From the NCBI GenBank assembly GCA_032718475.1, contig JAUCBJ010007300.1:124001-188000 (forward strand): 64,000 nucleotides of DNA, given 5' to 3'. Below the pieces are notes generated by a model, which worked only from the letters and a program-made list of their open reading frames with translations, did not search any database and was not told the DNA's origin. Source of the stretch: Nemertoderma westbladi (lineage: Eukaryota > Animalia > Xenacoelomorpha). Positions 1-12,300 of the stretch are shown piece after piece. The position numbers and the translations under genes were made by a program. Each line of letters begins with the position of its first letter. Position 1 is the stretch's first letter.

Positions 1-99
1 ATAAAATTTCAGATTCCCAACTGCGTTTGTTTCAGAATTATAATAAAAAAACCACGGGGGGGGGGGTCATATTGACCCCCCCCCCCGGGTTTAATAGGG
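1..99. mobile_element. Right end of a piggyBac-like non-autonomous element
   Basis: Ends in AGGG followed by TTAA; subterminal palindrome GGGGGTCA-TAT-TGACCCCC. The other end is outside the window. Confidence 0.5.
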
Positions 100-183
100 T
101 TAATAGCTACAAATTTGAATGGCAGCTAGTGATTTTGCAAGTTAATAATTTAAATAAAAATATGTAAATGTTTTAACCTTTAG

Positions 184-310
184 CTGATTGGAAGGGGTTT
201 GATGAAACCGATCTAACTATACCGGAGAGACAACTGGACTATGGTCTCTACAGATTTGAGTTCAACGTGCGGATGCATATATCTCAGGACCCTGTATTTC
301 AAACAACACG
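184..310 (+). CDS. PKD1L exon (REJ)
   Basis: tttag acceptor, gttggt donor; DWKGFDETDLTIPERQLDYGLYRFEFNVRMHISQDPVFQTT. Confidence 0.88.
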
Positions 311-3300
311 GTTGGTTAATTAACACTATTGTGTTAATTAACTCTATTGTGTTAACACTCAATTTATTGTATACTTTCAATTGAATCTTTAGAATCATAA
401 TTTTTTACAAAACCGCCTACTCTGAAGACGAAAGTAAACAATGTAAAGATACACGTTATAATTTTTTTTAATATTTAACAGAATTACATTGATATCCACG
501 ACTAATAAATTATAATATAAAAATATTACGGCTTGAATGTTAGGTTTATTATTTGAAATGCCCTCACTAAATTAATTACAATATGATGATTTCTTTTAGA
601 GATACTATTATTCGGATGACGGCAACCCCATTTGAATCAAGGATTACTGATTCTGCAGGAAATAAACTGGTTGCTGGACAGAATCAGATGATACGAATGA
701 GACCCGATCATTATTCCGTGGATCCAGATCAGGAACCAGGAACTGTACATGTATGTAACTTCAAGAAAATGAAATGTAGTAAATTAAATTTATGTATGTA
801 TCCAGGACATGTATGTAGTACGTATGTATCTCCGAAATCACAGTATGTAAATATTTGGTACTAAGACCGCTAAAAATTGAAAGTAAAAACTAAAACAAGA
901 TCCAGATCAACAATAAAGTAAAAAAACAACAACTAATCAGCTAATTGTAGCATATGTATATTATGGCAAAATGTGCTCCTGAACAGGCTCCCACATCAAG
1001 TAGAATAAAAGCCAAGTAAATATTCCCACCCCCGTTTCCCATATCAAGTCCGTAATTAAGAAGCTCTTAGCTTCTTTCCTTTCCTTTTCCGCGGAATTTT
1101 GGACATGGTGAGAAAAACAAACGTGTTGTGGCATTTAGCTCTCTGATTGGCTAGAGCTACAATATCATGTACGGGGACTACAATTAATTAGTTAGCACAC
1201 TACTGGGAAGAGCTATTCAGCTGGCGGGATAAGTTGGCAAGTACTATACTTCTCTGCTGTTTGGGCCTATCCATTCAATCAATAGTAGTAGCTTACTAGG
1301 CCCTCATTAGCACCAGCAGCTGGTGAATACTTTTACAGTCCTAACGGTCTTCTAATAATACACTAAACTTATTGAAAGGTCAATAATTATGTGCGTTTTC
1401 TATTTTTCATTTACTCTTAAAGGTCATTTATGTAATATACGTTATTGATGTAATACATTATTATGAGTGTAACTTGAACGAAGTGGTGGACAGTCGCCTG
1501 AAGCTAGAGAGCTTCTTTCGCCGCGCCGCGGTGCGCAAGCACCGCCAGCTAGTTATATTTCTTTCACAAATTATTGTTTAGGGATTTGGAAATTTTTTGT
1601 GGTACTGTCGTCGACTGCTACCGGAGAAAACTTATAATGCCCCAAGTGGACAAATGTGAGTCTAATATATGTTTAATATAATGTTAAGCCTATAATAAAT
1701 TGAAGCAAATTATCATTTACGGGTTTTTATAGGGGTGTACTCCCTGTACATATACTAAGTTCAAAATAGTCTAAAATAGATGTGTATTATTGTTTATTGC
1801 ATAGTTGTGTATGCTCAATAAATGCGATATAGTAATGGAAGAAAAAATATATTTTGCAAATTATCATTTTAACCAGTATAGTATTAAGTATATGAGGAAA
1901 ACATATATTATTGTAAATTCCTTTAGTGGTGCTCATATAAGTTATTTTTAGAGTAATAAATAATTAAGTTATAATACGATACTTAGTTTAATAAGTTATA
2001 ATAAATAATTGGTTATCGTCGCTTAAGTACCTAAAGCCTCTAAATCGATTTTTGACGATTTTCACCTTTTTTACCATTACTTATTTTAACTACTTATTTT
2101 ATATTATCATTGTATTTCTAAAGCAAATATTTGATCGTTAAAAAAGATGTCAAGCCAAGATGCCTTAATACGTCGAAAATAAATAACATCTCCTGTAAGA
2201 TGACAAAAATGGAGTTAGGGACATTAGGCACTTTATGCTTTTTTGTTTTTATATTCCATTTCCCAGAACTACAATCCCTGAGGCATATCCGCTGGATGCT
2301 TATGGGAAGTTATATGAGCGATATCCACCGCCTAAACCAGAACCAGCAGACCCACTGGACCTGGGTGGTTGCTTTGGTAATGGTCCTGGGAGGATAGATT
2401 TAGCGGGTGGTAGCATTGAATTTGAGGTAGGTTGTACAAACAACATTTATTGTAAGTATAACATTTATCTTTATTAATATATTACATAAATTCTTGCAAA
2501 TTGGACAATTGGGCATTTTATTTATGCATTTTTGCATTTCCTAGGTGACGATGCCTCCCCATGTTATATATGAAATCATGGTAACCTTTAACATCGAAGG
2601 TGACACTGCTAGGAGAAAGGGAAGGGCCACAATTCAGTTGGAAGTGGTTCCTGTGAAACCTCCTCAGCTAATGATAACGTGAGTGTGAAGCATGGTGGCC
2701 ATATATCTGTTCGGGAAATTTCCTGGGCCCCCTTGGACAATCTGCGCCCCCCGGACCCCCCAGGGTCAGAAAATTATATTGGTGTATATAATATGTGATT
2801 GTGAAATATGTGAAAATGTGAATATGTGAAACCACAGTAGTTAATAATGGATCATGTGAGTGCGAAATGATTCCTGTTAAACCACTGACAGTATGTAATA
2901 TAGTAAGTAATTGTAATATAATAGAATGTAAGTAATATATTATGTAATATATATAGTCTTTGCGTTATTTAGGCGTACAAGCTATTATTAATTTTATTGT
3001 GAACATTTTATATGGGCAAGTAGTAAATTAAATACTTAATTTACAATCTGATAAATTATAGTACTACTTTCTTTTATGGAAATTAATTATTATATAGTAT
3101 AAGATTTAAATAATTATACTTAAAAATTTTACAGCTAGAATCCCCAATCCCGATACCCCAATCTATTATAGTTTTAATACGTTCAAGTGATTTGATTTTT
3201 AAGTAATGTGTTTTTAATTTATCTAAAACATAATCAACTTATTAAAATTAAGTTACTCTCCACTGCTACTTCTAACTCCCTCATTCCATGGCATTCTTGC

Positions 3301-6300
3301 TATTGCCTGCCTAGCTGGGAACCAGTCCAACCAGTCCCACCTCACCACTACTTGAGCAATGGGTAATTACGCAAGAGAAGCAGCATAAGGAGCCAGAAAA
3401 TGATTGGCATGAACATTTAATAGTAATTCTTTAAAAATAGCTAAATAAATTTAATTATTAATATTTCAGTATCAATTCTACATCGGCATAAGGTAATTTT
3501 TAATATTTCTTACAAGTTAGTTCGCCTCCATGCCTGAAATATATTACTTTTAAAACACCAATTCTCTGTTAATACCTGCCTGTCATCAATCCTCTGTGCG
3601 CCTTTGGGTTGGGGTGCAGTGTGCAGATTAAAATGGGGGTTGAAAGGGGAGAACTTTCCCCTCTTCGTTAATTCATTGGGAGTTTGGTTAAATTTATAAA
3701 TACCGATTTTGTGACAGAATCGCTCAATTTTAATTTGGTTGGCGTCAATATGAAAATTAAATAAATATTTAAAAAAAACTTGTAACTCAGGAAAATAAAT
3801 AAGAATTCCAATTTGTAACCAGCTGCTCGGATTCGTAACAAGCAACTCAGATTTATAACCAGAAACGCAGATTCGTAACTGGGAACTCCAATTCGTAACT
3901 AACCAGGCACTGATTGGTAACTGGGAACTCGTAACTAACCAACCAGGCACTCGTAACTAACCAGGCTTTGAGTTGTACTCTGTACTCTCCTATTTCTACT
4001 GTAGACTCAGCACACTGATATGTAACTGAGATCACAGATTCGTAACCTGTTCTCAGATTCGTAACCATGTGCTCAAATTCGTAACCATATGCTCAGATTC
4101 GTAACCGGCAATTGAAATTAGTAACTGGGAACTGAAATTTGTAACCGGAATTTCAGATTTGTAAACCTGGACATTCGCAGCATCATGTGATAATCTATAT
4201 TACTTTATAAAACATTTGAAATAAAAGGTCAAAGGTAAATATTGTAGATTTCCATACTCAGAGAAGCAAAATTATTAATTAAATTATTTTAAATTTAATT
4301 TATTTTATTTGCGTCATCAACATGAATTATCTAATATGGGTGAACATTGGGGAAATTATATAAAGTTTAATTATGAAATTAAAATTTGATGATTATCACA
4401 TAAAGTTTCCATTGATACCCTCAAATCTATATTAATTTATATCTTATTAGGTCCGCGTAACGAGATCTCAACGCGAGTATTCACTCCGTTGTTGTTAAAT
4501 TTATATTTTTATTGATTCATCAACATGAATCATTTAATATCGTTCCAGCCAATGTCATCACACTAAATAGCAACTTTAAATGGCTGGCATACTTGCATTA
4601 TAAAATATTGTACCGGTAGCACCATACCGATGTAGAGTATGCACTCGCCCTCAAATTGTAACAGTACTAGTATACACATAAGAAAAGATGTGCCTTCGGG
4701 TTTCATTCCTAGTGTTTTGGGGTTCACACACTCGCTGATAACTTTAGTTTTTAAACCATCAAGTGGTAAATTGTAAATATATTTTAATATGTTTTTATGA
4801 TTTCCTGCAACCCATGATATTGCTTTTGCGCCGCTGTGCTTTGCAAAATCTCCCACGCAGTGGTGCGAATAGTTTAATATATAATGGGATAAAGTGTCTC
4901 GTCTTGCGAGACATTTAATTATAATTACTAAAGTAAATTATCTATATTTGCAAAGGGTGAGGGTTTAACAGACCCAGACCCTACACCAGAAAAAGAAAAT
5001 ACAAAAAGGAGGAGAACGGGGCAGGTGGTGGGTAAAAGATATTTTATTATAAAATTAGAATGTGTACGCAATGTATCTGGAAGTCATAAATAAAATTATA
5101 CGTTATTTTGATTAACAGATTACTGAATCCAGGTACCGTAATGACTTACCAGTAATCATTTGTTAGACAAAGAGATTCCAGTGCACATCCTAGAGGATGG
5201 TATAGGAACTTGTTAATAGTACATGTTTTGCGGTATCATAAAATATATTGGGCTCAATGCTTTGCAATATTACCCAATACCCATTTATGATTTCCTGCAA
5301 CCCATGATATTGCTTTTGCGCCGCTGTGCTTTGCAAAATCTCCCACGCAGTGGTGCGAATAGTTTAATATATAATGGGATAAAGTGTCTCGTCTTGCGAG
5401 ACATTTAATTATAATTACTAAAGTAAATTATCTATATTTGCAAAGGGTGAGGGTTTAACAGACCCAGCGCAGAATTAACACGGTTAATAAGGCGACCCCA
5501 CCCAAGCAAAAGCAATACCAATCAATGAGGGCAGCGCAACGGCATCCAGATTTTGGTATCACTATTTCGTGTGATACATGATACAATGTGAAATAAATTC
5601 GAGGGCTTTGCACAAGTTAAGTTTATACGTACCGGTACTGTAGTGGATAATTTGTTAATTACGTTCTGCTCCTTTGTTCAATAAAGTCTACAAATATTTC
5701 TAAAACGGAAATAATTACTCATGGAAACTACAATTATTAAAAAGAATGCGAGCAAAGTATAATGCATTAATAAATGAACCTTCATTTTCAAGTATAAAAT
5801 CGTAAACACAGAGATATAATATGTATCGTATATAGAATATGCAAATTGAGCAATGAAAGTTTGATTTATATAGATGCTGGTCGAATATATTTCAGAAATG
5901 CATTTGAAGACCAGCGCCCTTTTGCTCTAATTTGGGCATCAGATAAACCTTCACATGCCGCCTCAGTGGCCGCCCCTATCCGGAAGCTATGTGATTTGTA
6001 AACATTCGGAGATAAGTTAAGAAAATTGAAAACTTTGTTCATAATTGCAATGAACTGGGGGCGGTATATAGGCAAGCCGGAGGCCCAAATAAAAAATTTG
6101 CTGTGCTTGCTATTAGAAGGGCGTAATTTAATATATTCATAAACAGAAGAAATTGCAAGTTCTGATTCGTTTTTGTTTATGTGGACACGTACTGGGGTAT
6201 ATGGTGGTTTTTGGTATTTATAGCGTCTAATTGTGATCGTAACATGATTAGGGGCCCATTCAACATCGCTAATGCTCAAAATCCATTTCCTCGGTATACC

Positions 6301-9300
6301 TGGTGTTGGAGTAAATTCTCCAACACGTAGGAAACCATAAAAAGCTACTAAAAACATACATTTAATTACGTATTGTGCATAAATATCTTGATAAATAACT
6401 TGAACAGCGTTTAACATGCGGTTTAGGATTGCTTTCGTAATTGGTAAACGGGAATCTCCAACCATGTTATTTTTACCCAATCCAATCAGTGCCCTCGTAA
6501 CCAAGAACACCTTCGTTGGGTCAGCGATATTCAATAACCGATGTGGGAGAGCTATCGCAGACATGTGGATAGAAATTGTGGATCTTGACAATTTCTGAGA
6601 GTCTAAATACGCAATGAAACATCCCAAAACAGTTGGGTCAAGTGGTAACACGAATGGGATGTTTAGAACATCTGCGACAAAACAGCGTAATTTCTCCCAT
6701 ATTCGAGTATACGAATTAAGAGTTGTTTCTTCCCATGAATGCTCGATCATCTGTGTGTATCGAAGAATGAGTTCTGAGGTAGCATATGATGAGGAATTGC
6801 TGAGGGATACTTGTTGGCGGTTGGAGTGATGTCCATAAACGATTCTACCTGCAAACGAGAAAGAAGATCTGAACGAACATTCATGACACCTGGTACATGA
6901 TTTGAACGAAAAAGGATATTATGTTTCATTGTAAGAATAACAAGTTTGCGTATAAGAACCATAATTAAGGATTCTTTGGAAGATTTTTTATTAAGAATGG
7001 AGACAAGTCCTTCATTGTCTGCCCTAAATATTATTCGTTTTCCCTTTAATTCATTACCCCAGATATGTATAGCCATTACGATAGGATAGAGCTCGAGGAG
7101 AGTAATATTTGTACACTCTTTCCACCTAGGAGGCCATTCTCCATAGAACCAATGATTACGGAAGATAGCAGCATATCCCTTCATTTTGGCTGCGTCAGTG
7201 TAAAGTTCCAATGTAGTATGTCGATTGAGGAACATTGTACATCCATTATAGTGTAACAGGAAGTTCTCCCAAGCTATGAGATCTGCCCGAGCCCATGCCT
7301 TAAATCTGATTCGGTGATGCATACGTGTAGCAGTCACGGAAAGCTGTATTAAACGTCTAAGAAAGGCTCTACCTGGAATAACAACCTGACAAGCAAAGTT
7401 TAGAAACCCAACAACAGCGAGCAAATCTCGTTTCGTAACCCACTTATTGTGTTTCATACTCTTAATAAGGTCAAGACCCTTCTCCACTTTATCTTTCGGA
7501 AGCCTCGCAACCATTTCATTTGTATCTAACTCGATACCCAGAAAGGTAATGGTTTGGGATGGACCTTCGGTCTTATGAGAAGCTAGAGGGATGTTCACTT
7601 TACTACAGAAATCTATAAAGATGCTGAGCTGTCTTCTGCATTCATCCTTATGTCTCGCTGCCATCAGAAAATCATCTAGTATGTGTATTAAATTTGGTAT
7701 TGAGAGCTTAGAACGACCTACCCATTGAATGGCACTCGAGAATCTTTCAAAGATTTTGCAACTTGAGCTAGCTCCCATTTCCAGGCATTTATCATAATAC
7801 CATTTATTGTTCCATACTGAACACATTAGATGATAATCTAATTGCGATATAGGTATAAGTCTAAAGGCTGAACATATGTCAGTCTTTGCAAGATAACACC
7901 CTGAGCCTAATTCGATAATTATATTAATGGCATCTTCTACATGGTAGTATGTGCAGGTAGAGTCTTCATTTGAAATATTACTGTTCACTGAAAAGTCATT
8001 ATATGGGGCAGAGAGATCGTGAATTAAACGAAATTCTGAAGGAGTCTTTTTTGGTCTCACTGATAATGGGTTAACATGGCAGACTAGGAAGGGCTGGTCG
8101 TCGAATGGCCCAGCCATACGACCAGCTTTTATTTCATTTTCAAGTTTTTGTGTGACAGCATTGGGATTGTTTATGGCAGACAATGAATTCCTGGTATACG
8201 TAGAAACATTAGGCCCATTATAATCTAAACGAAATCCATCAGTAAAACCAGAGTCTAGATAGGAGAAATCAGTAGGATTATATCCCGAGAGATAACTCTT
8301 TAGTACGTCCCATTTAATTGGTGTGGGGAGTTTGGAGGATTGGTCGACGGTTTGTACCACCTTGCGCATTATGGTACCTTCCCGTATTCCTGAATGCGGG
8401 CATTCACCGATCCATTCCCCGTCTTTGATAGGGTGCACCTGCAGCTGCACGTCCGCTATACGATGGACCGGATCTTTGAAAGGGCCGTTTAGTAATTAGA
8501 TCAGTAATTGGTTGGGTACACTTCATAAGACGGTGTGTCCCACCACAATTAGGACAAGTGTGATTATAATCACAATATATACATTTATCTCCCTTATGGT
8601 AGGCATGGCAGTATCCAGTTGGAATGGACATACGGCCAGTTTTTCTGGCAGTAGCTGCCATTGCGAGTTCCTGTATAGGGTTGCCCCAGTGGTACTTCGA
8701 TGGGTTGTTCTGCTTACAACGCTGGAACTTCTCGTCATAGAGTAGCCATGATCCACCATTATCCTTGATGTCTTTAAGGATTGCTGGATATTTCTTCAGC
8801 TTCCTACTTTCTTGTGGGAATTTGTCTTCATAAAAAGCGGAGAAGATATTCCAAGCAAGTAGCCATTGTTCGAATGAGGTTATTTCATTAACACCATTAT
8901 CTTCCTTGAAAACAAATGTTGGCTGTTGACTTGGGTGCTCAGTGGCAGATGTTAAGATAGGAAATCGTCGTTTTGATTTTACCGCTACTGGGTCACTCAA
9001 CAATGATGCGAGATCTATAAATTTATGATTCCAGATCTTCTCCTTTGTATCTAAAGGGACATATGCATCTACCTCTACAAAAGAGCTACACTCACCTGCT
9101 AAGGATGTCGACAATGACTGCTCAGCTGCAGGGAAAGTATCTGGCACCTGCGAAATGTTGGATGTTGACACTGCAGGACATGCAGGTAGAGTAAGGGTTG
9201 TTGGTACTGGTACACCGACTGGTGCCGTAAGTGTAGGAGGAGTAATAACTGAAGCAGCATGAATTGGTGGTGAGGTGTGATGAGTAGAAGCTGGTGTTAG

Positions 9301-12300
9301 ACCTAACCCGGACATGTTAGATGGAGGTGCTAGCCCTGAGACTGGGTGTCCAGGTGGAATGGCTCCAGGAAAAACGGGTGGCATACCCATCCAGTAAGGG
9401 TTTGTGATTGGGGTATGACCACTTTGGCCTTGACTGAATGTATTGGGGTTGGGGAAGGATTGCAGATAATAAAAGGGCATGTATGGGTTCCACTGAGGAA
9501 AGCTCTGCTGTATTTGTGGATTAGCAGTAAATTCTGTAGTGGTAGATGGCAAAGGAGCTGTTGGGCCACCACCGAGTATATGGGCATTGGAAGAAGTGGA
9601 GGGTGGGGTTGGCATGGAATCACCAATGTTTATTAGAGACGGGCGATGTGTTGTCCGTGGTGTACTTTTAGAACGCGTTTGCATCACCTTGTTGGAGGTT
9701 ATAGCAGTTTTCCGTGCCTTTGACTTTAATCTTGTAGCCATAGAGGTAGACTTCTTCTTTGATGATTGAGACATGTTACTGGTTGCTGGTGAGTGTGAGT
9801 GATTGCGTATGCACAGTTATAGAACTGTGTACCGGTACTGGTATATATATTCCAGCATATGATATAGTGATATAGATATCATAATATAGTAATAATCTGA
9901 TTGACATATAGTCCAATAAGCAAAAACATCAACTATAGAATTACGCCATAGCTAGACCTATATAACATAGGCAATGAAGGCTTATTATAAGCAGAGTCAG
10001 AGAGAGAGAGTGGGATAATCATCCACTAATTGACAGATGGGATGTGCGGCGTTATGTATAATATAATAACGGTCCGGTACAATATGTAGGCACAGCGCCC
10101 GGACAAGTTCAATTATCGGTACAGAGTAACAGACCAAGTGACTGTGTTTAATGTATAGTGTATAGGTTACTGCTGTATAGGGCTACATGCAGACATGTGT
10201 ATGGCGACGCGACAGGTATTATTGTATGGAGGTAGGCCCCGTACCGTTCCCCGTTTCTGCATATACAATTAGCTTGATACAGGTAGTTATATCATGCACA
10301 ATATCAGTATATAGGCCTATAATTCTAATAATAATAAAGTGGGAATATCATCCACTGGGAGACTGCTGGACTCACTGTACCGGGGATCCAATAATATCAA
10401 GTCCAGACATATTGCAGTAGTCTACTGCCATAATCTTTGCTAGCTTCTGAGCTTGTGGAACATGGACTTGGTCTAATGAAACTGTGATGGGAATATCATC
10501 CTTCGGCCCAGCTCAGGTAGGAGGTATATACGGGTAGCTTAAATATTTACCAAAAATTACTTTATATGTACCGGTACCGGTAATTTGTAACAGTGTCATC
10601 AGTTACTAAGGCCGCATTGCGGAATTGGCATTGAGTTGAGTATATCATTCAATGCACTTGCACTACCGATATTCAGGTATTTGGTATTGGCAACTGGACC
10701 GCATGTACATGGTACATGTGTTAGTCAGTCTCAGTACAGCAGTATACTGTTGTAGTACTGGAAACACAGATATAGGTCTAAGCCAATTCCAGAATTCACT
10801 AATTCAATTTATGAAATGCGTTCATTAGGACTATGCTGCTATGTGGATTGCAGAATTGTGTTATATCGGTACTTGTAGTCATATTCATAATAGCATAAAA
10901 CTACTCTCTGATAGTAGGCTACTTACACACCATACACAATACTGTAAGATAGTACCCAGCTGCTGGGTAGGTACTGTACCGTCTGACCGTACCGGTACAG
11001 GGTACACAGTTAGTCATTACCAGTACTGCATTAGTCAGTTAGTGTAAGCGGGTATATCATCCACTTCTCACTTCTGCAATTATTAATTTGAGATTTTAAC
11101 AAAATCAAAATTGTTGGCTGATTGGCCAAACAATTATTCCTATATGTATATTGCATTGGCCTATTTCAGTATTTGTTTATGTCGCGTAGGTTGGTAAGGA
11201 ACTGTACTGCTGTACAGTGGTACGGATGCCAACGGCCTGGTGTACTAAGTGCATAACTCAGTACCCGGTAACAGATTGGTGCGGTGCCAGGGTGCAGTAC
11301 AGCAGTAGGTCCTATATACACTGATACAGCAGTATCGGCAGATCGGTACTGCATTACTGGGTGAATGGCTGCGGCTGGTATAATTAAATCTATTCCAGTC
11401 CAGTAGCAGTACTCTGGTGGCCCGGGGTCCACTGTCCATATGGTCAGTGGTCACAATTAGTAGTCTGACCTTTCTTTCTTTTATTCTCTTTTCTTTTTAA
11501 CCATGCAGTGCATAGCACCGCCTGGTTGCCAGCTCAGGCTCTAGGTTCAGAGGTTTAAACGGTACTGTACTGCCGTAGGGTAACTAACTGATCTGTTCAG
11601 TTCAGCAGTTCACATTTATTGCATAGTGGGAATATCATCCACTTCCATGTTCCCAGTTAAACATGAACTTGTGTTTCATATGTGGTATATATATGTTGTA
11701 TGGAATAGGTGTGTCAGGAAATTAGGTTTTTATGCTCATGTATGAATAATACATGTCACGCATGCGGTGATACATACACTTAGAAACTGTGTATCGCCAT
11801 TTATGGTATTTATATGTTGCACATATGAATTTATCATAAATAAATGTGTGAGAATGCGCATGTGAATAATATATGTCGAGCATATGTGAAATAGCCATAG
11901 CCAAGACTCAGAGTTAAATTGAAATCCATAAACTATTCAATTCGTAATTGTGTAATCCAGTTCATGGATTTTATATGTTGCACACATGTTTGCCTTATGG
12001 TAATACATGCCTTACAGTAATACATGTACAGAAAAGAATAGCGAGGGGGGATGCGGAATTTGTTGATGTCACTACTCAGCTTTTTACATTAAGAACAAAT
12101 ATCGTTTTAATCAGCAGTATAATACGTTGAATCTATATTTTTTGTTATACTGTATTTTCAAAGTACCGGCTATTTAACCATAATAATGTATAATCAATAC
12201 ATAGGCCTGCTATACGGTTTAAATGATCTGTGAAGGCTGTATGGACACTAAATTGAAGTAACCATAGTCGATCGTCCAATTGTTTTGTTTATTGCATTTG

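Noticed and set aside
415-445. CTGAAGA..GAAA hammerhead-like word
   Set aside because: No stem I or III and no adequate stem II.
3510-4068. 146-aa and 71-aa minus-strand ORFs
   Set aside because: They run through a degenerate tandem repeat and show no protein motif.
5866-6750. Phage or bacterial integrase
   Set aside because: It is coupled to RT/RNase H and gag within Ngaro split repeats.
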